From Octopus sinensis (Eukaryota): a stretch of 64,000 nt of DNA. Numbering within the stretch: the stretch's first letter is position 1; every line of letters starts with the position of its first letter. The translations under genes and the position numbers were made by a program. Of this stretch, positions 11,431 through 23,422 are shown piece by piece. The stretch covers positions 101,742,001 to 101,806,000 of the forward strand of contig NC_043003.1 of the NCBI RefSeq assembly GCF_006345805.1. Reading direction: 5' to 3'. The notes below the pieces were generated by a model. It saw only the letters and a list, made by a program, of their open reading frames with translations, was not told the origin of the DNA and did not search any database.

Positions 11431-11842
11431 AACCACTGAGCCTCAGGTTTTATGTCGGAGTTATCCCAGTTACCTGAGCTGCCTTCTCCTAGAAGGATGC
11501 CCTAACAAAGGCTAGGAGTCCTTCACTCCCAATGGTTTAACCGTGCGATCGGGTATTCAGTCTGATTATTTCTATGTCTCCGCGTATGATACAGCCTTAA
11601 GCTGGATACGATTGATATATGGAGAAAAAAAATGAAAAATGAAATAAAACATACGATATATATATATATATAAAAAACATTGATATACAAAATATACATC
11701 AAATATATGATGTGAAGTATATAAAAATTTATATAATGAGCAAACTATAAAAATATACAATATATCAAAAATTAGTGAGAAAAAGGCAGATATATAGTAA
11801 ATATATAATTACACATGTGTAATATATATATATATATTATAA

Positions 11843-14344
11843 CTTATCAGTCAGGGGACTCTGCTAGCCAAATAGACTTCATCCTCACCAGACAGCGGGA
11901 TGCAGGGTCGCTCTTAAATACAAAGACCCTCCCGGGTGAAGAGTGTATCCCTCAGCATAGGCTAATAATTAGTGACTTTAGGCTTGAGGCCAGAAGGACT
12001 CCAAGAAACAGACCAATCCAGAAAAGAAGGATTTGGAAGCTAAAGAACCCTTCACATGGTCAGAGATTTAGGGACATCCTCATCAAGAAATTTGATGAGA
12101 GGGAGGAGGAGCTACAGACGTTGGACATAGAAGGTAGCTGGAAATTCCTACGGGACAGCTTACTGAGTGCCACAGACCAAGTCTGTGGATGGTGCAAAGT
12201 TCCTTCCAGACCTAGAGTTACGTGGTGGTGGAATAGTGCAGTAGACAAAGCCATTAGTTCTAAGAAACAGGCCTGGAGAGCCTGGAGGGATGGGGGGGTA
12301 GCAGGGAACCGTACCAAGTAGCCAAAGGGAGGGCGGGCGGCAGGTATACATAGCCAAAGATATAGCAGAAAAGAAGTTTGCCAATGTCCAGCGACGTGAG
12401 GACCAAAGAACTGAGGTATTTCGTATTGATAGACAGTGTGTGAGAGAAAATAGTGATGTTACAGGAGAGAAATGTGTCAGCATGGATGATGGGGCACTTG
12501 CCTTTAATGTTGGTGAAAAGAAAGAGGCTTGGAGAAGCCATTATGAAAGACTGCTGAATGTGGAGAATGAATGGGAGGAGGAGAGCCTGCCAAATGTTGA
12601 CCCAGTAGAGGGACCAGCTATCCGAATAGACGGCTCCCTAGTAGATAAAGCAATTAAGGATATGAAACCGGGTAAAGCCCTCGGCCCATCAGGAATCACT
12701 GCTGAGATGCTTAAAACAGCTGGTTATGCGGGCTATGGCCTAGTCACCCGTATTGTTAACCAGGTAGTTCACAATGGAGTCATACCCAATGACTGGCGTA
12801 GCAGCACCATAGTCAACTGCTACAAGGGTAAGGGTGATGCTCTAGATAGAAATAACTACAAGGGTATTAAACTGTTGGATCAGGTGATGAAGACCACAGA
12901 GAGGGTCATAACCCATCTCATTAGGGAGAGAATTTGCTTAGATGAGATGCAGTTCAGTTTTGTACCAGGTAGAAGCACCACTGATGCTATATTCCTGGTC
13001 CGACAACTACAGGAGAAGTACCTAGCTAAAGATAAACCCCTCTACATAGCTTTTGTGGACTTGGAGAAAGCCTTTGACAGGGTTCCCCGATCCTTATCTG
13101 GTGGTCGATGCGGAAACTGTTGATTGACGAATGGCTAATAAGGGCTGTACAGGCTCTATACAGAGAGGCTGTCAGCAAGGTTAGGATTGGCAACGAATAA
13201 GTGAAGAATTCCGGGTAGAAGTAGGTGTACACCAGGGCTCAGCCCTCAGTCCCCTTTTATTCATCATAGTCCTCCAGGCAATAACAGAGGAATTCAAAAC
13301 AGGTTGCCCCTGGGAGCTCCTCTATGCTGATGACCTGGCCCTCATAGCAGAATCACTACCGGAACTAAAAAGAAATTCGGGTGTGGAAACAAGGGTTAGA
13401 ATCTAAGGGCCTTAGAGTAAATGTAGCGAAGACCAAAGTTATAGTATGCAGAAAGGCGAACTCAGCACATACCCCATCGGGCAGGTGGCCCTGCTCGAGC
13501 TGTAGGAAAGGTGTAGGTAGAAACTCCATAAGATGTACCCAGTGTAAGCTATGGATGCATAAGAGGTGCAGCAACATCAAAGGGAAATTAACTGATAAGA
13601 TAGCTTTCATGTGCGGCAGATGCACAGGGACAATAGACATGACAGACACTCAAAAGGCAGATTCCATCACACTCCAGGGGGAGAAACTAGAAGTAGTTGA
13701 TAGTTTCCGCTACCTGGGTGACCAAGTTAGTAGTGGGGGTGGATGCTCAGAGAGTGTTACCACTAGAATACGAATAGCCTGGGCAAAGTTTAGAAAGCTC
13801 CTACCCCTACTGGTGACAAAGGGTCTCTCACTCAGAGTGAAAGGTAGAGATGTATGATGCATGTGTGCGAACTGCCATGCTTCACGGCAGTGAAACATGG
13901 GCCGTGACTGCAGAGGACATGCGTAGACTTGAAAGAAATGAAGCTAGCATGATCTGCTGGATGTGTAATGTCAGTGTGAATGCACGACAGAGTGTAAGCA
14001 CCCTGAGAGAAATGCTAGGCATAAGAAGCATCAGATGCGGTGTGCAAGAGCGACGCTTGCGATGGTATGGTCATGTACTGCGGATGGATGAGGAGAGATG
14101 TGTGAAGAAGTGCCACTCCCGAACAGTTGAAGGAATCAGGGGGAGAGGTAGACCCAGGAAGACATGGGATGAGGTAGTCAAGCATGACCTCAGAGCGTTG
14201 GGCCTCACTGAGGCAATGGCGAAGGACCGAGATCTCTGGAGATGTGCTGTGACTACTAAGACTCGGGATGCTTCCGGCACCAGTTCCGCATACCCCCTGC
14301 CCATCCAAAGTACCTTGGATCCCGGAACATCTCGCTGTGCTTGA
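11843..14344 (+). pseudogene. RTE ORF (APE end, RT with embedded PHD finger, C-terminal GRGRPRKTW), frameshifts and stops
   Basis: KPGKALGPSGIT, NNYKGIKLL, FVDLEKAFDRVP, GVHQGSALSP, LYADDL, C4HC3 cluster, FRYLGD, HGSETW, RRLRWYGHV. Confidence 0.92.
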
Positions 14345-14374
14345 GGAGACCTGTCGAGTCAAGTGCATATACAT

Positions 14375-14900
14375 GAACATCGAACCAAATATCAATGGAA
14401 ACAGTAGCTGTGATACCTGTGCCGGTGACACATAAAAAGCACCATCCGAACGTGGCCGATGCCAGCATCGCCCCGACTGGCTTCTGTGCCGGTGGCACAT
14501 AAAAAGCACCATCCGAACATGGCCGATGCCAGCACTGCCTCGACTGGCTTCTGTGCCGGTGGCACATAAAAAGCACCATCCAAACGTAACCGATGCCAAC
14601 CCCGCCTCGAAGGGCTTCTGTGCCGGTGGCACATGAACATCGAACCAAATATCAATGGAAACAGTAGTTGTGATACCTGTGCCGGTGACACATAAAAAGC
14701 ACCATCCGAACGTGGCCGTTGCCAGTGCAGCCTCCACTGGCTTCTGTGCTGGTGGCACATAAAAAGCACCATCCGAACGTGACCGAAGCCAACCCTGCCT
14801 CGAATGTCTTCTGTGCCGGTGGCACATAAAAAAGCACCAACCGATCGTGGCCGATGCCAGACCCCTCTGGCACCTGTGCAGGTGGCACGTAAAAAGCACC
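14375..14900 (+). repeat. Tandem ~66-bp modules in RTE 3' UTR with a ~260-bp higher-order duplication
   Basis: Seven full and one partial TGTGCCGGTGGCACATAAAAAGCACC modules; TGAACATCGAACCAAATATCAATGG block at 14375 and 14635. Confidence 0.9.
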
Positions 14901-15066
14901 CACTACACTCGCGGAGTGGTTGGCGTTAGGAAGGGCATCCAGCTGTAGAAACACTGCCAGATCAGACTGGAGCCTGGGGCAGCCCCTGGCTCCCTAGACC
15001 CCGGTCGAACCGTCCAACCCGTGCTAGCACGGAAAACGGTCGTTAAACGACGATGATGATGATGAT

Positions 15067-15711
15067 ATACACGCATACATATAATATATATAAATGCATA
15101 CATATACATGCATACCTATAATATATATACATGCATATATATATACACACACACACATATATAAATATATATACATATATATACATACATACATTTATAT
15201 AAACATATATATACATACATATAAACATACATTTATATAAACATATATATATATATACACATACATATAAACATATATATATATACATACATATAAACAT
15301 ATATATACATACATATAAACATATATATATACATACATATATATATATACATACATATAAACATATATATATACATACATATAAACATATATATATACAT
15401 ACATATAAACATATATATATACATATATATATATATACATACATATAAACATATATATACATACATATAAACATATATATATACATACATATATATATAT
15501 ATATACATACATATAAACATATATATATACATACATATATATATATATACATACATATAAACATATATATATACATACATATAAACATATATATATACAT
15601 ACATATAAACATATATATATACATACATATAAACATATATATATACATACATATATATATAAAAACATATATATATACACACATAAATGTACACATATAT
15701 ATACATATATA

Positions 15712-15750
<39 letters not shown>

Positions 15751-15930
15751 CACACATATATATAACGAACATATATATATATATATACACACATATATAT
15801 AAACGAACATACATACACACACACACATATATATATATACATATATACACATACATACATATATACACGTACATACATACATATATACACATACATACAT
15901 ATATACACAAACATACATATATATATATAA
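15067..15930. repeat. Long TA/TACATAAACA compound microsatellite
   Basis: Direct reading; source of the 291, 161 and 300 aa YIYI ORFs. Confidence 0.95.
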
Positions 15931-15937
15931 ATAGTAA

Positions 15938-16108
15938 ATGTTCCTTTTCTAGCCATGCCAGGCTCATAAGGGCTGGTTTTCCGGTTTCAGTGGCACAGAA
16001 ATTCTCCACCTGGAAGGGACACCGGTCTGTTGCAGGATTGCTCACTTTTGCCAGCTGAGTTGATTGCAGCAACGTGAAATGAAGTGTTTTGCTCAAGAAC
16101 ACAACACA
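15938..16108 (-). mobile_element. SINE fragment with CORE/V-like central segment
   Basis: Reverse strand GTGTTCTTGAGCAAAACACTTCATTTCAC...CCTGCAACAGACCGGTGTCCCTTCCAGG resembles CORE/V-SINE central motifs. Confidence 0.5.
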
Positions 16109-16539
16109 TACATATATATACATATACACATGCATATATATATATACTTACAAATATATACATATATAAATACAAACATATATATATATATATACATACA
16201 TATATATATATCATCATCATCATCATCGTTTAACGTCCGGCAATGGCCACGATTGGTTGGTGGTTTTTACGTGCCACCAATATTGAACCGAGGAACCAGC
16301 CATCTCAGTTGATAGCAGCATAACAGATAAGGGCTTTCCCTATCTTCATATCCTTAATTGTAAGGATATGAAGAAAGGGAAAGCCCCTTGGCTGAGATGA
16401 TAAAAATTTCTGGTGGTGTAGGATGCAGCTTAGTCACTTGTATAATTAATCAGGTCATTAAGTAAGGAACTATCTCCAATAACTGGTGTAGTAGTATCAT
16501 AGTTAGCTGCTACAAAGGTAAAACAGATGCCTTAGATAA

Positions 16540-17064
16540 ACAACTACAGTGGTATTAAACTGCTAAACCAAGTCATGAGAGTTACTGAGAGGATTATAGC
16601 TCAATTGATTAGGGATAGATTTTAACTAGATGAGATACAGTTTAGTTTTGTACCTGGGAAGAGTATCACAGATGCCAACTTCCTAGTGAGACAACTGCAG
16701 GAAAAGTACTTGGTCAAAAGTAAGCCATTGTACTTAGCCTTTAATGACCTGGAGAAAACTATCGACAGAGTTCTCCGCTCTTCTTTATGGTGTTGTCTAA
16801 GGAAGTTAGGAGTAGAGGAATGGCTTGTTAGAGCTGTACAAGCCATATACAGTGGTGCTGTCAGTAAGGTAAGAGTCAACTATGAATAGTGATGAATTTA
16901 GCATACAAGTAGGGGTTCACCAGGGCTCAGTTCTCAGCCCACTCATTATAGTCCTCCAGGCCATAACAAAGGAATTCAAAACTGGATACCTGTGGGAACT
17001 GCTACATGCTGATGACCTTGCTCTAATTGCAGAATCTTTAGCAGAATTGGAGAAGAAATTCCAG
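16540..17064 (+). mobile_element. Degenerate RTE RT fragment (upstream half of an interrupted copy)
   Basis: NNYSGIKLL, RQLQEKYL, GVHQGSVLSP, LHADDL; ends at ELEKKFQ. Confidence 0.85.
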
Positions 17065-18841
17065 ATCATCATCATCATTTAATGTCCGCCTTCCATGCTA
17101 GCATGGGTTGGATGATTTGACTGAGGACTGGTGAACCAGATGGCTGCACCAGGCTCCGATCTGATAGAGTTTCTACAGCTGGATGCCCTTCTTAATGCCA
17201 ACCACTCAGATGTTTTTCACGTGCCACCGGCACAAGTGCAAGTAGGGCAATGCAGGTACTGATCATGCTCGACTGGTGCTTTTTATGTGCTAATGGCACA
17301 GAAGCCGGTCAGCTGCTCTGGCAACGATCTCGCTCGGATGGTGTTCTTAGCGTTCCACTAGCATGGATGCCAGTCATCAAATTTGATTTTGATTTCAAAT
17401 TCACTTGCCTCAACAGGTCTTCGCAAATACAGTTTAGTGTCCAATGAAGGAAAGGTATGCATAAGTGGGCTGATTACACCCTTGGCATAGGCCACGGGTT
17501 ATGGTCTCATTTGGCTTGCCGGGTATTGTCAAGCACAGCATATTTCCAAAGATCTCAGTTACTAGTCTTTGCCTCGGTGAGACCTAATGTTCAAAGGTTG
17601 TGCTTCACCAACTCACACAGCTATCCTCATCCATTCTCAGCACATAACCATACCAGCACAGTCATCTCTCTTGCACACCACATCTGATGCTTCTTAGGTC
17701 CAACTTTTCTCTCTAGGTTTTTCTCTCAATGTCAGTGTGCAAACTGACATTACACATCCATCAGAGCTTACTGGCTTCATTCCTTACGAGCTTACGCATG
17801 TTGCAGCCCATGTTTCGCTGCCATGTAGCATGGCTGTTCGTACACATGTTTCATACAGTCTGCCTTTTACTCTGAGCGAGAGGCCCCTTGTCATCAGGAT
17901 ATTCTTATTCTAGCAATTACACTTTCAGCGCACCCTCCTTTGCTACTGACTTGGTCACCTAGATAATGGAAGCTATCAACTACTTCTAGTTTTTCTCCCT
18001 GGAATGTGGTGGAAGTTGTTCTCTGCACATTTTCAGTGTTTATTGCTCCTGAGCATCTGCCACATACAAAAACTATCTTCCCAGCTAGCCTTCTTTTGAT
18101 ATTGCTGCACCTCTTATGGGTCCATAGCTTACACTAGGTACATCTTATAGAGTTTTTACCTATGCCTTTTCTACAGATTGAGCAGGGCCATCTACCTGAA
18201 GGGATTAGTGGTTTGTCTGCCTTCCTACTTATTAGGACTTCGGTTTTAGCCACGCCTGAACCTTCTCCTCTAGTTGTGATAGTGACTCAGCAATTAGAGC
18301 AATGTCATCAGCATAGAGGAGCTCCCAGGGGTATCCTATCTTGAATTCCTCTGTTATTGCCCGGAGGACTATGATAAATAGGAGGGGCTGAGGACTGAAC
18401 CTTGGTGGACTACTATCTCTACCCGGAATTCTTCACTGTACTCGTTGCCAACCCTCACCTGACAGCGTCCCTGTACATGACTTGCACAGCTCTCACTAAC
18501 CATTCATCTATCCCTAGTTTCCTCATTGACCAACAGATAAGGGATTGGGGGACCCTGTCAAAGGCTTTCTCCATGTCAATGAAAGCCAGGTACAGGGGCT
18601 TATCTTTGGCTAGGTATTTCTCCTGCAGCTGTCTTACCAGAAATATAGCATCAGTGGTGCTTTTCCCTGGCACAAACCCAAACTGCATCACATCTAAACT
18701 GACTCTCTCCTTAATTAGTTGGGCTATGACCCTCTCTGTGACCTTCATTACCTGATCCAACAACTTGATACCTCTGTAATTATTTGTATCTAAAGTGTCA
18801 CCTTTATGTTTATAGCAGTTGACGTATAACTCCTTCGTGTA
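17065..18841 (-). mobile_element. RTE LINE copy (truncated, internally deleted) nested in the plus-strand copy
   Basis: (ATC)n tail and 3' UTR at 17065-17550; C-terminal, PHD and RT (DMEKAFDRVP) remnants up to 18841. Confidence 0.85.
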
Positions 18842-20782
18842 ATGCGAACAAAACATGGAATCAAAGGGCCTTAAAGTTAACCTAGCAAAGACCCAAGTTG
18901 TTAGTAAGAAAAAAGATAAAACTTTCTTGCCATCAGGTAAATGGCCTTGCTCAATATGTAGGAAAGGAGTTGGAAGAAATTCTATTTGCTGTACCCAGTG
19001 TAAACTATGGATACATAAAAGGTGCAGTGGAATCACAAGTAGATTAACAAATAAAGTCATCTTTGTATGTGGTAGATGTGCAGGAACAATAAGCACTAAG
19101 AGTACACAGGACTTAGATTCTCTCAAATGCTAAGGAGCCTCTCTTGAGGCTGTAGATAGTTTCTGTTACTAAGTTGACCAAATTAGCAATAGTGGAGGAT
19201 GCACTGAAAATATTGTTTCTACAATAAGATTAGGGTGGGGGAAGTTCAGAGAGCTATTACCTCTGTTGGCAACAAAAGGACTCTCTGCCAGAGTGAAAGG
19301 TAGACTGTATGATGTTTGTGTGCAAACAGCTATACTCCATGGTAGTGTGACATGGGCTCTGAATATAAAAAACATGCGTAGACTGGAGAGAAATGAAGGC
19401 AGTATGCTCCATTGGATGTGCAACATTAGTGTGCAAATATATTGAGAGAAAAGTTGGGCATAAGAGGAATCATATGTAGCATGCAAGAGAGAAGACTAAG
19501 TTGGTTTGGACATGTGATGCATATGAATGAGGACAGTTGCATAAAGAAGTGCCAATCACTGGTACCCACAGATGAGTGAGACCCAAGAAGACACAAGATG
19601 AAGTGGTAAGGATCAATCTCAGAATGTTGGGCCTCTCAGAGGAAATGACAATGGACTGAGATGTCTGGCGATATGAGGTTCTCAGAAGACCTGCCCACCT
19701 CAGCAAAACTGAGTTCTAGAAGCACTGTGTTGCACCCACACATAAAAGGAAACTTCTCACACCCTACCACAACAAACCAAACTACATCTCTTCCTTTCCT
19801 CACATTTCCACTTCATGTACTATGCTTACCTCCCACTCCCCAATCCTGTCCTCTTGGCTTTGTCCCACTGCATCATTGCAATCCGCTAGCCCAACTGACC
19901 AGTGTGCTCCACCCACATGTAGCTAGAAAACTTTTCACACATCTTATTCCAACCAATCTACATCTCTTCTCTTCCTCACATTTCTTCCTTCATGCACTCT
20001 GCCTACCTCTCACTCCCCAATCCTGTCCTCACGGCCCTGTTTCTCTGTATCACTGTTATCTGGTCACCCCCCTCCTCCCACCAGTCTATTTACCCAGGCT
20101 TTTGTCACTCCTTTCCCCTCCCCATTCTCTAACCATGCATTTTTGGCACTATCCTGTCACTTATATTATGGCTTTCAAACCTCAAGGGTAGCCCTGGCAC
20201 TTGCCACCATCTCTATCCTGCTGTCTCCTACTCTCTCTCTCTTTCGCCTGCAGGTGAGGTTACCCCTCACGTTAGGTAACCATGTACCTCCCTTGCAGCA
20301 ACACACCTGTTTTTGTCCTCATTCCTGATCTCTCTCTCTCTCTCATTCCCCAACTGGGTAACCTTGTACCTCCTCTGCAGCAAAAAACCTGTTTCTGTCT
20401 CTATCACATTATAACCTTTCATCATCTGACACAAGATCTCTTCCAATGCCTCCTCTCCTCTCGAAAGATTTTCTCTTGCAAGTTACTTGGTGACCTTGTC
20501 AATACAGGTGCCACTTGAAAAGCATCAAGTTCTCACTGCAAAGTGGTTCCTGTTTGGAAAGGTATCCAGCTGTAAAAACCTTGCCAAACTGACCTCACCT
20601 GTGCTTGTGCCACGTCAAAAGCACTAAGTCCACTCTGCTGGGTGGTTGGTGATAGGAAGGGCATCCAGCTGTAAAAATCCTGCTAAAACAGTCACAGAAG
20701 TCTGGTGTAGGCTTCTGTTTGGCCAGTTCCTGTCAAACCGTCCCAGCCATGCCAGCATGGAAGGTAGACGTTAAATGATGAT
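18842..20782 (+). mobile_element. Downstream half of the interrupted RTE copy with a long pyrimidine-rich 3' UTR
   Basis: Resumes MESKGLKVNLAKT; PHD cluster CSICRK...CGRC; HGSVTW; 3' UTR like 51090-51465; tail GACGTTAAATGATGAT at ~20770. Confidence 0.8.
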
Positions 20783-21014
20783 CAGATATGTATATATATA
20801 TATGTGTGTGTGTATATATATATATATATACTGTTTGGAGAGTAGTTGCCATTTCCCCTTCCATGTTGGCTATCTCTGACAAATGTATATTAAATAACTG
20901 GTTTGTTGCCTAACACTCCATAGTATAATTTCAAGCAAAACCGAATGGTAAGATCAGCTGTGATGGATAATTAACACTATAAAATTCAGACAATATATAT
21001 ATAAATTTACTTTC

Positions 21015-21170
21015 TAATTTTAGTACAAGGCCAGCAATTTTTTAGAGGAGGGTAAATTTGATTAGATCAACCCTAGTACCCAACTGGTACTTATTTTAGT
21101 GTTCACTAAAGGATGAATGGCAACGTTAATCTCAGCAGCATTTGCATTAGCTACTAAGTATTTTGTACAA
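21015..21170 (-). mobile_element. tRNA-derived SINE (third family, Nin-like central domain), degenerate
   Basis: ACAAGGCCAGCAATTTT...ACTGGTACTTATTTT...AAGGATGAA, shared with 43035, 43295, 46015 and 60975. Confidence 0.65.
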
Positions 21171-21214
21171 GCTAACAATTCTTCCAGCTTATAGTCATGC
21201 AGTTTTGTGTGTTT

Positions 21215-21365
21215 GTGTGCGTATATGGTTAAGAGACTTGGTTCCCAACCATGTAGTCCTGGGTTCAGCTCCACAGTACTGTACCTTGGACAAATGTGTT
21301 CTACTACAGCCCAGGCCAACCATAAACTTTGTGAGAGTATTTTAGTAGATGGAAACTGAAAGCTC
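21215..21365 (+). mobile_element. tRNA-derived SINE head (same family as 4080-4235)
   Basis: GGTTCAGCTCC B-box-like; CCTTGGACAAATGTGTT core; ends GATGGAAACTGAAAG. Confidence 0.65.
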
Positions 21366-21399
21366 ATGTTTGTGTGTGTCCGTGTTTCTCACCTTCTGT

Positions 21400-21525
21400 G
21401 AAAACATGTCTAGCTCTGGGAAATATTTTGCTTGGCAACAGAAAGAGTTGGTTATAGAAAATCTGTCTCATCAAATTCCGCCTGACCCATGCAACTTTAG
21501 AAAAGTAGACGTTAAATGATGATGA
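21400..21525 (+). mobile_element. Short retroposon tail with RTE-type end
   Basis: CTGACCCATGCAAC...GACGTTAAATGATGATG. Confidence 0.5.
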
Positions 21526-23214
21526 CGTATATGATTAGAAGCAGCTGATGAAGAGCAGGGTTACTGAAACATCAAATGTCCCACAAGATATCTTGTGAAT
21601 ATTTTAAGTATTCCTGATGTGGTGGAGTACAGGTCCGTTCTTGCCACCTGTTTAATTCACACAGTCATAGCAGCGATTACCTGTTGCATCGCGACCACTT
21701 ACAGTGACGAAATATCTCGCTTCGATGAACTAAACTTGTACTACCAAAGGTTCATGTGTGTCGTGAGCTACGACTACACATTTTTCATAGCACTATTTAG
21801 TGTAGTTAAGCCGTTATATATATATATAAATAAAAGTAGTTGTTGAGAACTTAAGACTGAAATGCTATAAAGCAGCCTCATATTTATTTCTTATATTTAA
21901 TCTTTTTTTTACATATTAAACACAAGTGTGTGAGCGCATATATACATGCCACACACACACACACGTGTATGCTTTCATGGCGAGTCTTTGCCCAGTCTTC
22001 CAATGTGTGTATGAATGTATACTTTCAGGAGCGTCAAACTAATGCACTTGCTTCTTGTTCATACACCTGTCTTCATCTTTTGTTTTTCTGTAAATTTCAA
22101 CTATATATATAACATACATACATGGCGGAGGTAAAGATCGTGGACCGCACCCCCTTATATAATAAAAAAGTTTAATATTTCGGGTTTACAACTATCCAAC
22201 ACCTACAAACTGCATACTGACTTCGTCTTCAGAGAACGGTATGGCTCTAACGATTATGTCTTTCCCAAGGGCGTCAGCGGAAATTGCGAAATAAAACAAC
22301 TAGAACCGAAAACCGAAATCGAGTCGCAGATTCGATCTGCCGAAGCTCTTGAGCAGTTTCCTCTATGCACACACACACAGCTTATGTATCTGTTCTTGAT
22401 AATTTATATTACTGTCAATGTTGTTGTTCAACCCTAGTTTAGTTGTATGATCATAAATGTAATTTTGTATGCCAAGGACTATATTATCCGATGTGTCCTG
22501 CTTTTTTAACACTACAGTGTGATTTTACGACAATTTTAACTACGATTTCTAGCAGGTTGAAGTACCAACCGTATAAAAACTCCTTCGCTGGTCGACATTA
22601 TTTAGTACCAGGCTAGCTTTGATAAAACCAACCTATAATCAAACGCTTTTCTAGCCATATTAACGTTTTTCTTCAGGAATAATGCACTCCTGACACTATT
22701 CAATGTGCTATTTTTTATTTTTGTGAACTGTAAAATGTGATTTGGCTACTAATTCTGGAAGGTCTAGTAACCAGATAGATGATTCTTGATGGACTCGAGT
22801 TAGTCACTGAACATAATGTTGGTGTTAACTATATAATTTTATACTGAATGCTAACGAGTACTATTTTTCCCTTCCTATTGCTGCACATGTCCGAATATTT
22901 AAAGAACGATGTGTAATACACTATGTATGTAAATAGGTCTCTATTGCATCACACACCCATTATGATATTCAAAAGAGACAGAGATTTGTAGCTAATTATA
23001 CGTCCATTACAAGTGGATATTTACGTGTTAACATTAATATACACTGGGCTGTGTGCGTATGTGTCTATCTATCTATCTATGTGTGTATTAGTACTATTGT
23101 GACCGTGTGTGTATGCTTATATAGTGGTGTTGATATTGTTTAGACAAACTTGAAATGTGTTGTATTTTATATATTACACACAAACCATGTTACACACACA
23201 TACGCGTCTAAGTT

Positions 23215-23228
23215 TGTATATATATATA

Positions 23229-23271
<43 letters not shown>

Positions 23272-23380
23272 TATAGATAATATATATATAGATATATATA
23301 ATATAGATATATATATATATATATATATATAGATATATATATATATAGATATATATATATATAGATATATATATATATAG

Positions 23381-23420
<40 letters not shown>
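23215..23420. repeat. (TA)n/(GA)n microsatellite
   Basis: Direct reading. Confidence 0.95.

Positions 23421-23422
<2 letters not shown>

Larger units (their letters stand above)
11843..15066 (+). mobile_element. RTE-clade LINE, 5'-truncated within the APE domain
   Basis: Begins TYQSGDSASQIDFIL...QHRL (APE end); RT motifs; structured 3' UTR; CGTTAAACGAC(GAT)n tail. Confidence 0.93.

Noticed and set aside
14015-14954. Overlapping minus-strand ORFs with repeated MCHRHR/DGAFYVPPAQ peptides (also 1096-1685)
   Set aside because: Translations of the RTE 3' UTR tandem modules; no protein-family signature.
15043-16135. Long ORFs of 160-300 aa (YIYICMY...) and similar ones at 4170-5324, 23174, 26797, 51993 and 57093
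   Set aside because: Translations of TA/TG/AAT microsatellites, which lack stop codons in some frames.
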